From: Lytechinus pictus
Taxonomy: Eukaryota
Assembly (NCBI RefSeq): GCF_037042905.1
Contig: NC_087252.1
Location: 25,298,001 to 25,362,000 of the forward strand
Reading direction: 5' to 3'
Length of the DNA stretch: 64,000 nt
In this document: in pieces, positions 26,601 to 38,697 of the stretch
How the letters are laid out: each line of letters opens with the position of its first letter
Numbering within the stretch: the stretch's first letter is position 1
Notes under the pieces: model-generated
The model's database searches: none
The model's input: the letters and a program-made list of their open reading frames with translations, nothing else
Told to the model about the DNA's origin: nothing
Program-made: the position numbers and the translations under genes

Positions 26601-27249
26601 TTTATATGATTATTTTCAGCCTGGCGTACCCCCTTAAAGGACAAGTCCACCCCAAAAAAAAAAAATGGTTTGAAAAAAGTAGACAAATCAATGAAGCATA
26701 ACACTAAAAATTTCATCAAAATCGGATGTTTTAAATAAAAAACTGATAACACTTTAGAATTTCTCTTAAGTTTACAAAACAGTTATACGTACATCCTGGT
26801 TGGTCTGCAAATGAAGAGACTGATGACGTACGTCACCCACTCACTATTTCTTTTGTATTTTATGATATGAAATATTCTCATTTTCTCCTCATTGTCATGA
26901 AACGAAATGTTATTCCTTACTGAACGTGTGTAATTTTCATCGTTTTATCATTTCGGGGTTCAAAATAGCGGGTTCTTATTTTCAAATCCGTAAAAAATGA
27001 AATATTGTATAATTCGAATAAAAAAATAACAAAGGAAAACTGGAGTGAGGGACATCATCGACTCTCTCATTTTGATGTCTCTGAGTTGTGGTATAACTGT
27101 TTTGTGAAAAATGCTTCTTTGGTTTATCTCTTTTTATCCAAATCAACTTTTTTTTTCTTTGGGGTGGAAAGTCATGTCAGTTGAACTTATGAATATGGAT
27201 TTTAATAATCGCCTTAAAAAAGATGTCTTATACGCAGAGAGAAAAAAAA

Positions 27250-28140
27250 ATTTCCAAAATAATATTCTTAAAGTGAATGATTTATATCTTTTCCAACTCG
27301 CCCAATTTATGTATAAACTAAATAAAAATGATCTCCCCACAATTTTTTCAAATATGTTTTGTAAAAACTCCTCCATACATGATTACCCAACGAGACAACG
27401 TAATTGTTATCATCTACCCCCAACCCGTACTCTTTTAGCAAAAAACTCTTTCGTCTTTTTTGGACCAGTGTATTGGAATTCACTGCCCAATGACTTTAAA
27501 GAATCACCAAGCATTAACATTTTCAAGCGCAAACTTAAAAAGATGCTAATTTGTCAATACTCCACACCAACAAGTCAAGCTAATATATAACTGTAACTAA
27601 ACGTATTTACAACTATCATTTAATTATCAACAAATTTGTCTAATATATACTCTAAATAATGTCACTACAGTGTCCTATGACCTGTGCACCTTTCATGTTC
27701 CTCTTTTTATTTTCAGTTTTATTTGCACCACCCTTTTCTCCCCTCTCTTTCCTTTGCCTCCCTTTTCCACTCTTATAATTTCTATTAAAAATTTTATCAT
27801 CATTATCGTTATCACTCCAATTATTCAAATTACTTTCCACTTTTTGTTGTCGCTTATACGCTCTATTTTGGTATTTTGTAGATTATGTATTTTATTTTTG
27901 TTTTCCACCCGTCTCTTGTATATAGGTTATGTTATTTAGTATTGGAACTATGTTTAGGGACTTGCCTTATTTACAAGCTCTGCTTTTCTTGGCAAGTCCC
28001 TCCGTTCAGATAATTTTATCTTCAATATTTGTTATGAAATGTTATAGAACTGTATGTATTATTTTGAACATGTATTTACACTTTACTTTGATTATATCTT
28101 TTGTTTGAACGGAAATAAATGAATAAATCTAAATCTAAAA
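27250..28140 (+). mobile_element. 5'-truncated non-LTR retrotransposon 3' end (L2/Crack-like)
   Basis: ORF2 C-terminus NILKVNDLY..HDYPTRQ..FFGPVYWNSLP..FKRKLK (stop 27590), then a 3'UTR ending GGAAATAAATGAATAAATCTAAATCTAAA; similar tails at ~11680-11885 (+) and ~21090-21330 (-). Confidence 0.8.
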
Positions 28141-29201
28141 TACAGATTTAGGCCTTCCATGGAAGCTGCAGAACAGGAGGTGGGGGTGGGGTCTGTATCT
28201 AGAGTTCTGACTTCAGTCCTTCGATTTTCCATTAAAGTAAAAGTGCTTAAAAAAAAAAACAAGGACAGGGTGAAGAAGAATTGAGAGACCGGATTTGTGT
28301 CGAACGAAGGAACATGAGAGAGAGAGAGAGAGAGGGGGGGGGGGGGAATGAAAATTTAGATAGAAATGATTGGAAAGAGTTAAATACAGGAAGAAAGAAA
28401 GAAAGAAAGAAAAAAAAGAAAAAAAGGAAGAAAGATAGAAAGAAAGAAAACTTAAAAGAAAGAAAGAAAGAAAGGAAGAAAGATAAAAAGAAAGAAAGAA
28501 AGGGGAAAAGCAAATCGAAAAATAATCAAGATCTAGAAAAAAACGAATACGAGAGTGGTGAAAGAGAGGAAGTGAAAAATAAAAACAGAAAAAGAAAAAG
28601 AACTGATGAAAGAAAATAGGAAAGAGAGAAATAAGTGGTGATATTATAATTCATATTATGTAAAAGACATCCGTGAGTTGTTAATGAATAAAAACGTTCA
28701 ATCTTTTTTTTTCTCATTAAAAAGTCTATGTTAAAGGTATTAATAGATTACAAATTATTAATTATATTTTCCAATATGCTCTCCATAATAAAAAAAAATC
28801 CAACCTGCAAAGGACAAACTTCAAGGAGGGTGGGTAGATGCGATGCGTGGCTGAGTGTTCGATTTTTTGTTTTATTTGTTTTTGTGCTTTTTTTTTAACC
28901 ATAAAAAGGCCTCGAATCATTTTATTTAATGATATTGTAAATGAAAAAAAAAACAGGTTATCCTCCCTGAATATTGTTAAAGAAATGTGTACAGATTTAC
29001 TCTAAGTTCCCATCTGGAATAGGCCTAATCAAGTTATTGAAAATGTTTATGTACGATGAATTCTGAAGCAAATTTATGTGTCAACGATTTCATGTTCAAA
29101 CCAAAAAAAGTTCTGGATATGGATCTCCGCAACTTCAACTCTAGAGGGCGCGGAAACACACGAAGAATTTATGAAACACACAGGATCAGACGAAAATCAA
29201 A

Positions 29202-32200
29202 ATGGCCCTCCGTGTTCTTGTTGGCGTGAAAAGAGTGATAGATTATGCAGTTAAGGTAAGTTTAGACTAGTATAAGATTATGTATCAATAAAAACACGTA
29301 AGCAGTTTCCTGAATACTTAATTTGAGTCAATAATTTAACTTTCTGTCCCAATTTTTGCGCAGCTCCACTGCCACGGAGATCTGATATCGCATTGCTCGA
29401 GCCCTGCCCAGCCGCCGCCCACCGGCTGAGAAAGTGTGCTTTCCGCCACAGACGAGACCGGGCGAAGGACATGTGAAGGGCAAAGCAACCATGGCATGGG
29501 CATGGCGATATTTATTGGCATTTGTATCTAACCCGAGTATTTATTTTGGCTTACCTTTAGAATCCAATGTCAAGAGCTGAAGTATGAACTATGATGCCTC
29601 GTTCTAACACTACAGACTACACTGTGAGTGTCACTGTGTAATCCATGCTCTCAGTCTCAATATCTCATATTCATACTCATAGACATAATTTATGTCTATG
29701 AATATGACTAAGATATTGAGACTGAGAGCATGGATTACACACTGTAGTGTTAGAAATCGATTATGACATTGTATTATTTGTAAAGTTACTCCTTTATAAG
29801 TTTATTTTAACGACGTAGCTGATCATTTTGTACAACATGCGGCATTATCCTTGTTTAATTTTAAGTCACCACTCCATTCACTGCCGTTCATTTCGTCACG
29901 TCAGCGGCGGGGAGTTCTTTCCTCTCCCAAACTGCTTACGTGTTTTTATTGATACATAATCTTATACTACGTTTTCGAACCCCACTTCGTCCTCGGACCA
30001 TCGAACCTTCGGAATAACGAACCTTCGTAATAACGCCACAAATGTTCGGATTAAGGAACCCTTTTACGTTTTCGGATTAACGAACATCGAGGTATAGGCA
30101 ATTTACGTGTTTCGGAATTACGAACTGAACAAAACACAACTTCAGCTATTCAAAAGGATCCTAGGAGTACCAATCACTTCAGCCGATGAAATTGTGTATC
30201 TTCTCACAGACTTGATTCCAGTGTCTGCTCAGATAGAACTGGACAGACTCCTCCTCCTTGGGTCAATTCTTTCTATTGATCGCTGTCGGTTTGAGTTTAG
30301 AATCTTCCTTCATGCCTCAGAGAAAACAACTCCAACCATCCGGATGTTTGCTGATACTCTGTCCAAATATCATCTCCCACCACTTGTAGATCTAATTACA
30401 GATCCACCTCAATACAACACTTGGAAGCGCACCATCAACATAGCAATGAGGAGAAATGTCAATGAGGATCTAGAGCAAACCATCCTTTTGAAAGCCAGTC
30501 TTTCAGTCTGGGCAGGTAATCTGCCTATGGACGTCAAGGACCTCTACCCAAGAAACCCTCCATCCTCCTTGATTAGAAAGGCCTTGACAGTGAGAGCACA
30601 GCTTCTTTCTTCCACCTACCTTCTTCAAACCAGACTGAACAAAATTGCTAAGACCGCTGACTCAACCTGCCAGCACTGTCATAGTGCAGACGAAACAGTA
30701 GAACACTTTATCGCCACATGTCCCCATTCCAACTCAATTCGCTTTGAGTTTATATCTTTACTCAATGAATCTCTGAAAGACTACCCAGATGTGATCTCTT
30801 CTTATAACTCAGCAAACCCTACTCTGTTCACTTGTGTTGTACTTCTTCCTCCTGTATCTGATCCACCAGTCTCTATCAAAGACTGCCTGCTTCTTAAGAC
30901 ATTATTTTTTATCTATAAACTTCATATGTGTCGATTGAAATATATTGATACATGCTCAGAACCTGCATATAACCATAATTAAACTGCATGAACTATGTCT
31001 TTACGACTTGTCCTGTCTACTCTTAACCCTGGATGATTATTTATTATGGATACTATTGCCTTCATAGGGCTGATCTCCGAAAGCAGCGGAGGGAGAAAAC
31101 CAGGAAGGAAGAAGTCAGTAGAGGCGCACGGCCAATATGGGAGACTCTCTCCAATAGGGGAGACAATCTCCCACATTGGAGACTTGCTTTGCAAAAGGAC
31201 AAAAGAAACAACACCAACAAAAGCATGATTTTTTCCACCCAAAATTTTGTCTCACTGAGGTCAGAAGCCCATTTGTTTTGTGTGTGATTGACAACAAAAA
31301 TCCTTATCAAAACAAAAGTAGACGGTGAATATTTAAAGTAGTGGTAGACGGTGAAAAGGGGTAATTTTTCATGAGGAATCTGCTTATCACATTTTTATTT
31401 GCCGCCAAGGTAATCCTTTTGCAGCAAATATAAACAAAGGAAATTGGACTCCAAAACAGGAGACTGTCTCTGAAATTGGATACCCAAATTCTTTACAAAA
31501 GTCTCTGATATTGGAGATAATCTCCCACATTGGAGACAGTCTCCAATATTGGCCATGCGCCTCTACTGACAGTTAAAACTTACTTTGTCTTTAACTTAGT
31601 TTAACTTTGCACACAACGAGAGCACACACACACCGACACACGTATGAGAAGAGAGGTGACTTATTTCAGGATAAGGCCCAACATGCATTATTCAGTCACT
31701 CGTGATGGTTTCTATTCCACCTTTCATCCATTTTTTGTACCTCATGTTCGTGTAGACCAAAAGCTTCAATGGAACTGCGCACTTAGCAGCGTTCGCACGC
31801 CGTTTAGAGGTGAATTGCAGCTGCCTCACGGAGCTTGCGGGAGCGCCATAGGAATTGTACATTGTATTGCGCACTGGAGATAGGGTGGCCGCACACAGAA
31901 GAATGCTATCGCGGTCAGAAGTGGTCAATCTTGACCACTGCGATGGCTATCGGCCAATTTTCGCGATAAAAGTCCTTTTTATATGATATGTATGGATTAA
32001 AATAGTTTTTGTGCAAAATAGTTACAGGATGGAAAAAAACCCTTAAGCGGCCGCACACCGGCGCAGGTACTCTTCAGCTACGCTCCACCTACCCGAACAT
32101 CAAGGTCCAAAACTCGCTAGAGCTGATACTCTTGAGTGGCAAAGATGGGGAAAAATGCATATTTATTGTAAAAATCCTACACCGAAACTAGCTTATAAAA

Positions 32201-35200
32201 GAATAAGAAGCTTAATTTCTTACTTTTAATCCTATTTGGATTTAATCCTAAGTGGAGCGTTGTGGCCAAGTGGATTAGTCTTCGGACTTTGAAACAGAGG
32301 GTCGTAGGTTCGAATCCCAGCCATGGCGAAATTTCCTTCGGCAAGCAATTTATCCACATTGTGCTGCACTCGACCCAGGTGAGGTAAATGGGTACCCGGC
32401 AGGATTAATTCCTTGAATGCTTGAGCGCCTAGGCAGCCCAGCTAAAGCCAGGGTAATAATAGCAGGGCCCGCTGGGAGAACATTTTTCGGAACTGAAGCG
32501 GCTACCCTTGGTAAATATACCGCTATTATTATTATTAGTAATTTCACTCCATATCCATCACTGCAGTTATCCTCAAAATTGGTGATTTAGAGCCAACTTC
32601 AAGCTCCTCACACGTATAAATAATTCGCTGCCGATTTCAAAACATCGCATGCTTATGTGCGAGGGTCTGAGCTCAGACCCTCGCGCATGTGATGTTTTGA
32701 AATCGGCAGCGAATTATTTATACGTGTGAGGAACTCGATGTTGGCTCTATATTTTCCCTTTTAATTTTAATATTAATTGGCGATGTATTGGTTGGTTTGT
32801 TATCCGTAGATCCGTGTCAAACCAGACAATATGGGTGTCGTTACGGAGGGTGTCAAACACAGTATGAACCCGTTCGACGAGATAGCCGTAGAAGAGGCCG
32901 TAAGGTTGAAGGAAAAGAAACTTGTCAAGGAAATCATCGCTGTCAGCTGCGGACCACAGCAATCTCAGGTAAGCTACATACGTAGACAACACAATCTGAC
33001 TCCATTTCATCAAACTATTGACACATATTCAGAGCTCAAGTTTCATTCAAATTCTGATCTAAAGATAAAGCTAGATGCACAGTGAGCACAGCTGTGGCTG
33101 TGCAAAATGAACAAAAGTCACAGTTTTGTAGCTGTTCCATTTCCTAAAGTCAGATGGAGAAATCTAAAAGTAAATGGACAAAGGTTGCCATTTTGGGGCC
33201 ACTTTTCAAAATGGCTTAAAATGCTGTTTTAAAAAAGGCAAAGAAACCGCAAGTTGCTCACTGAAAAGTTGATTTCTTTATCAATTTCATCAAATAAATT
33301 AATTGGCAAATGCCTCTATTTTGAAAGAAGAGTTCAAGCACTGGTCTGAAAATAGCCTCAAAATTCTGATTCTATTATCAATTTTTTTCAAATTAATTTA
33401 TTGATAATAGGCCTTGAATTTAATTTAAACTGTGGAGTCTGAACCAAAATTGTGGTTAAGCTATTGATAGCCAATTCTGCTTTTTGTTTAAAGCTCACAG
33501 CAAGACTCATATCTTGTAAACCAACTTCACAAACCTGTTGAAATCACAAGCTTTCAAATTAGAGCTAGATATCTTCTAATATTGATACTGACAAAGAGTA
33601 AACCAAGACATAGCTTTATCCCCAACAACACCTCATTTTCTTAGCATTGGTGTAAGTAAAATAGTAGTCCTTAGAATATACAGCAAGAATAGTACTAATG
33701 TCATTATACTAATAAACCATGTCATTAGATCCAAAAGGTTTGAAACATTGTATATATTTTTTATGCAAGCAGAATTTATAAAATCCCTATAATACACAAC
33801 ATTATCCAGACATGCCCTTTTTAGAGTATTTGTTCCTCGTTTTTGCTATAAATACGCCAATACTTTTTTTTTAAATTTCCAATCATGGAGTATGTATTGT
33901 ACACAGCGCGTGACACTAGTGCTGGTCCGACAGTCCCAGACCTGTAATAAATCACTGTCGGGCCAGTAACTTGTTGCATGAAAAGAACAGGCTACGAGCA
34001 CATGTTTAAAAGGGTGAATTATCAAGTTTTCAAGTAGAGTCATTTCACATGTTTTTTTCACCGATCTCACTACAACAGGCTGGCAATTGTTACGTTGAGA
34101 CAATTTTTTTATAATACTCTTTTTTGTCAACAATACTTGTTTTGGTTGTAGATGGTTGGCAGGTCTGATTATTGGTTTCTAAAACATATGCAGTGAAACC
34201 TGGTTTAGCAACCATTTTAGGGACAGTGATTTTCCGTTTCAAAAAAATGCCTTTTCCGTTTCAGAAAATCTCAAATTCCGTTTCAGCATGTCAGAAAACG
34301 GAAATTCCGTTTCCCCATAGACTTTGTACACACGGAAAAGTGACAATTCCGTTTACACATTTACAATAGCAAAATCACAACACGCATACTCGCACTGGTC
34401 AAAATTTGTATCTGCTACTGTACCAACAACACAATAAAATCCGTTCTAATCGGATCTATGCGGGTGCATAAAATATTTTTACACACCCATTTTGCATGCA
34501 TACATCCTCACCTTTCATATTATTAGCATTATTTCACGGTGAAATGATATTTCATCGATAATTTTGGGGGTTTTTGGACATCGTTATCATCAGTCAACGG
34601 CTTTTCCCCAATCCGCCATCTTGGATTTTAAGACCACGATATCGTGCTGTTACATCTTCAAACGTAGAGGGCAGCAACACACGACCGTGTACATGTAGTT
34701 GAACGATATGTGTGCATGTGAAGCCCAACCCGGCCGGCCGGGTACGGGTACGGTGCGGGGTACAAACGAGTGTGCTGATGTCGAGTGCAGTCACGATGTG
34801 TGAATTGTCATGATAGTAGCGAAGTGAGATCGTGTTTTCTGGGGTTTTTTGGCCATTTAATATTCTCATTTTGCTGTGATTTTGGAGTAATTTATGTTGC
34901 TATTCTGTGTATTTTGAGGGAAAATACGTTTTCCGTGATTTTCCGTTTGAAATGCCACTTTCCGTTTCAAAAGGCCCTTTCCGTGAATTCCGTCCGTTTT
35001 CCGCGATCGCGGAAAATCACTGTCCCTACCATTTCTATAGCATAAAATATAAAGACCACCTGTCTGAAAGGCCTGCTTTTCTTGTCCTCCGTGTAATTTA
35101 GAATTTAAATGCAATTGTATATTTGATATACTTTCTTTATTCAGGAAACGTTACGTACAGCACTGGCCATGGGTGTTGACAGAGGTATTCACGTTGAGGT

Positions 35201-38200
35201 CAGCGGAGCAGAATACGAGGGTCTAGGTCCATTCCATGTTTCCAAGATCATGGCAAAACTTGCACAAGAAGAAGATGCAAACTTAGTCATTCTGGGCAAA
35301 CAGGTGAGAATTCATTTATTGTCATGTAATTTGCTATTTAAAAAAAATGGAAAAAAGTGTTGTCTGACTCTTGATCAGTAAACAGAAAAGTGCATGGGAA
35401 AAGTATATCACATATCACAAATATATGAATGCATCAGACACAGAAAATAATAAATACATGACCTTTCCTATATTTCAGTAGGATGATCACTAACACTTCC
35501 AAGTGAAGATGTTTGTATAAACTTTCCAAGCAATGCATTCAAATTCTAAAAAAGAAAGGCATAGTATAGACCATCATGGGAGAGTTTCATCAATATCTGA
35601 AATTAACTTTTACTGCTCTATTGCAGTTATATCTTTGAAAAGGCTTGTTATTATTAAAAAGCTATGTTCACTAATTAACCTCCAACCAAAAGTTTAACGA
35701 GCACTAAATATTTCGTAGAAATAAGATATAAGGGAGTCATGGCATTTGAAAAAAAATTTTAAAAAATGATGGTCTGCATATCCTGGTCAGTACGCAACTT
35801 GGGAGGTATATTTATTTATTTATTTTTGATACCATGTAATATCAAATATGCTAATCTTCATAGATTTGATAATGTATTATAATTAATGATGACTAATTTC
35901 ACTTTTTCCATGAAAAAATCAAACAATGTTTTTGATTTACATGATTTCGGGAAGAAATTGAATTATGAGTAATTGGTCATATAATGGAAGGCTGAAGGGG
36001 GGTTGGGCAAACTTGATCCCCTGCCCTGTTAAATGAAGATTAAGGGCACTACGAAAACATCTCTTATCCTTTAGAGTGAAGTATCGTGTCAGGATATATT
36101 GAGTAATTTTGACCAATCCAGATGCCTATAGGGCGTTAATGCCTACCAGCAGACTTTTAGAGGAAGTATTAATGGTGAACTGTGATGTGTACAGTGGATG
36201 CATCAGTGAGATTAACATTGAGTAAGTTGAGGGTACACTTGATGAATTCACTTAGTATTCACTATTAGAATTTTTAAATTGCCATCTACATGTGCATGTA
36301 TTCAGGTGTAATCTATTTTGAGCAATAGGCCTACTGTTTATATGATTTCCCCGGGTTTAGCTGGGAATGCTGTAGGGGGGATGGCTGACTGCAAACAAAT
36401 TACAATCAGATGATAATTTTTACTTTAAATACACGGCCCCTGTCTAATCCATCATGTTTTGTGTGTTTTTTTTTTATGTACTTTTGAAAAATGAAACTTC
36501 CAATTCATACAAAATTAGAATTGAATATCATAACTTGAAATTGAGAATTAAGCACATGTTTCAGGTGGAAATAAAGTTTCATCTCTCATGCTCTCCCTCT
36601 CTTTCTTTTTCTCTACCTTTCCCCTCTTTTCCTTTCTCTATCTTTTATCTATCTGTCTTTTTTTCTTTTCCTTCTCTTCTTTTACCCTTTTTCTATTTTC
36701 CCTCTTGCTGTTACTTTCCCTCTCTCTCTCACAGGCAATCGATGATGACTGCAATCAGACGGGTCAAATGACGGCGGCCATATTGGACTGGCCTCAAGCG
36801 ACCTTTGCCTCAGAGGTCAAAATTGAAGACAATAAGATGGAAGTGATGAGGGAGATCGATGGTGGATTAGAGACGATCCAGGTCTCATTACCAGCCGTTG
36901 TCACAGCAGATCTGAGGTTAAATGAACCCCGGTATGCAACGCTACCTAACATCATGGTGAGTAATAATGGTTTCTGTGGAAGCGTTTCATCCTTGATTTT
37001 GATTGGCTTAGAAGAACTGTTGCTATGGTAACTGTTGGATGAAACGGGACTTGTCAGATGACAAATCCCTTAATGAAATGCTCTCCAGATTTCCCAAATT
37101 AGGTTTACTAAGGGCCTTTTCACACATGAATCTTGAATCATTGTAAATGATGATTGCTATTGTATTCGTGACTGTGATTAGCGTTTGTGATTCTGATCAT
37201 TTTCTAGTTTGGTTTCACACGTGCTAAATATTCGTCATTAGCCTTATTTTTCACTGGAATCATTCAAATTATGATTATTTTTTACTGTGTGAAAGGGCTG
37301 TAATTTTATCACTTCTAGATCCATGATTAACCTTTGTTTCAAAGACTCTCTCATGAAGTGGTTTGCTGCAACTCCATTAATTTAGCTAAACTTCACGATA
37401 GTATAGAATACTCACCATAGAGCTTGTTTACTCAGTCAAAATCCCAAACAATACTATAATCCTTGTCACCTGTACTTTGACCCAAACATGTTAAACCTAA
37501 CGTTGATAGAATTGCTTACTTAGCACGTTTACAGCTGTACCAGTTTATATTCACTTGGTCTAAAAGCAGATTGTCAACTCATTAGATAGGTTAATACCAC
37601 ATGAGTCATAATTATTTCATCTGCTATCAATTTTATATAATTGCCATTTGGCAGCGCGTGACACTGGCACTGGTCCGACGGTCCCAGACCGGTAAAAATT
37701 GCTGTCGGGCCAGTAACTTTTCAGAAAAAGCCACATTTACTGGTCCGACATGACCAATAAGATTATATCTAACTGGTACAAAATATATTTTCTTCTCTTT
37801 TGTAAATGATAAAAATGGCTCTCATGAATTATGTTGAGTGTTTGTTCTGTTTTTTTTTTTTGGGGGGGGGGTAACAATAAGCAATAAAAGACAACAAAAT
37901 AAACTCAAGTCTTTTTTATATGTTTCTTTATTTTTGGGGACCAGTAAATTTTAGGTTTGGTCCAGTAAAAAATGGAAAAACTGGGTATGTCCTGGTCTGA
38001 CATGATCAGGTCAGACCAGTAGAAAAAAAAGGTTAGTGTGGAGCCCCTGTGTTTGGTCTACACTACCTTTGGTGTAATACCCACTTAATCTAATTCCCAT
38101 GTAGTGTAATGCTCAGATGGTCTAATCTCCACAATGTCAAATCAGGTGATTTTTGTCAATTAAACGTTTGATAACCGCAAACAGTTCATCTTTTGAATGT

Positions 38201-38697
38201 AATGAAGACGAAGTGGTTTTAAAGTTAAACCAAGTGGATATTAAACAAAATGGCCTGTATTCTGAAGTTTAGTGGTACACACTGAGGGAGAGAGCTCAAC
38301 CGTGCAATGGAAAAATAAAAAAATGCATGGTCGCTATAATGGAAAATGAATTTGCCTGCAGCACAAAATGGATGAAATGTTGAATGGCTTTCAACCAATC
38401 AAATTACAAGAATCTTTTAATGAGTTGTATAATAACTTTTATGTAACTGGGCACTGGTGACCTAAGATTTGTAGATTAAAGAATCCTTGTATTCTATCTT
38501 CTATTTCCCTTGTTTTCTTCATTTAGAAAGCCAAGAAGAAGCCTATCGCCAAGAAGACGCCGGGTGATCTTGGTGTTGATGTGACCCCAAGAGTAGAAGT
38601 GGTCAGAGTGGAAGATCCACCGGTCAGAGAAGCTGGACAGAAGGTTGAGAACGTGGGGGAACTTGTTGGCAAACTCAAAGAAGCTGGCTTCTGCTAA
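29202..38697 (+). CDS. ETFB: Electron transfer flavoprotein subunit beta; 5 coding exons, 254 aa
   Basis: Exons 29202-29255 ([18 protein letters not shown]), 32810-32968 ([26 protein letters not shown]), 35145-35303 ([19 protein letters not shown]), 36735-36956 ([30 protein letters not shown]), 38527-38697 (KAKKKP..KEAGFC*). All introns are phase-0 GT-AG; motifs are diagnostic of ETF-beta. Confidence 0.98.
29268..29969. mobile_element. ~700-bp element with perfect 41-bp TIRs, 12 bp downstream of ETFB exon 1
   Basis: TAGTATAAGATTATGTATCAATAAAAACACGTAAGCAGTTT (29268-29308) and its exact reverse complement (29929-29969); internal hairpin at ~29603-29756. Confidence 0.8.
30125..30982 (+). mobile_element. 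5'-truncated non-LTR retrotransposon ORF2 C-terminus with CCHC zinc finger (RTE-X-like) in ETFB intron 1
   Basis: About 285 open codons: [62 protein letters not shown] (CxxC-x8-H-x4-C). No RT catalytic core; clade assignment is inference. Confidence 0.8.
31116..31568. mobile_element. MITE with CAGTAGAGGCGCA TIRs
   Basis: CAGTAGAGGCGCACGGCCAATAT...ATATTGGCCATGCGCCTCTACTG with internal GGAGAC/GTCTCC subrepeats. Confidence 0.75.
32254..32537 (+). mobile_element. tRNA-derived SINE with a different 3' tail
   Basis: Same head and core as the 51864 copy; tail AGCAGGGCCCGCTGGGAGAAC..GCGGCTACCCTTGGTAAATATACCGCT(ATT)n. Confidence 0.85.
32606..32731. repeat. ~125-bp near-perfect palindrome upstream of ETFB exon 2
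   Basis: CCTCACACGTATAAATAATTCGCTGCCGATTTCAAAACATC..GAGGGTCTGAGCTCAGACCCTC..GATGTTTTGAAATCGGCAGCGAATTATTTATACGTGTGAGG. Confidence 0.85.
34219..35027. mobile_element. hAT-like non-autonomous element in ETFB intron 2
   Basis: 18-bp TIR AGGGACAGTGATTTTCCG / CGGAAAATCACTGTCCCT; flanks ACCATTTT / ACCATTTC (7 of 8 matching TSD); subterminal TTCCGT repeats. Confidence 0.8.

Noticed and set aside
28247..28717. Lys/Glu/Arg-rich and Phe/Ser/Leu-rich ORFs (also ~36590, ~43540, ~59760)
   Set aside because: Purine/pyrimidine low-complexity tracts, not coding.
29139..29152. CTCF-like motif CTCTAGAGGGCGCG upstream of ETFB
   Set aside because: Partial match only; cannot be supported without matrix scoring or ChIP data.
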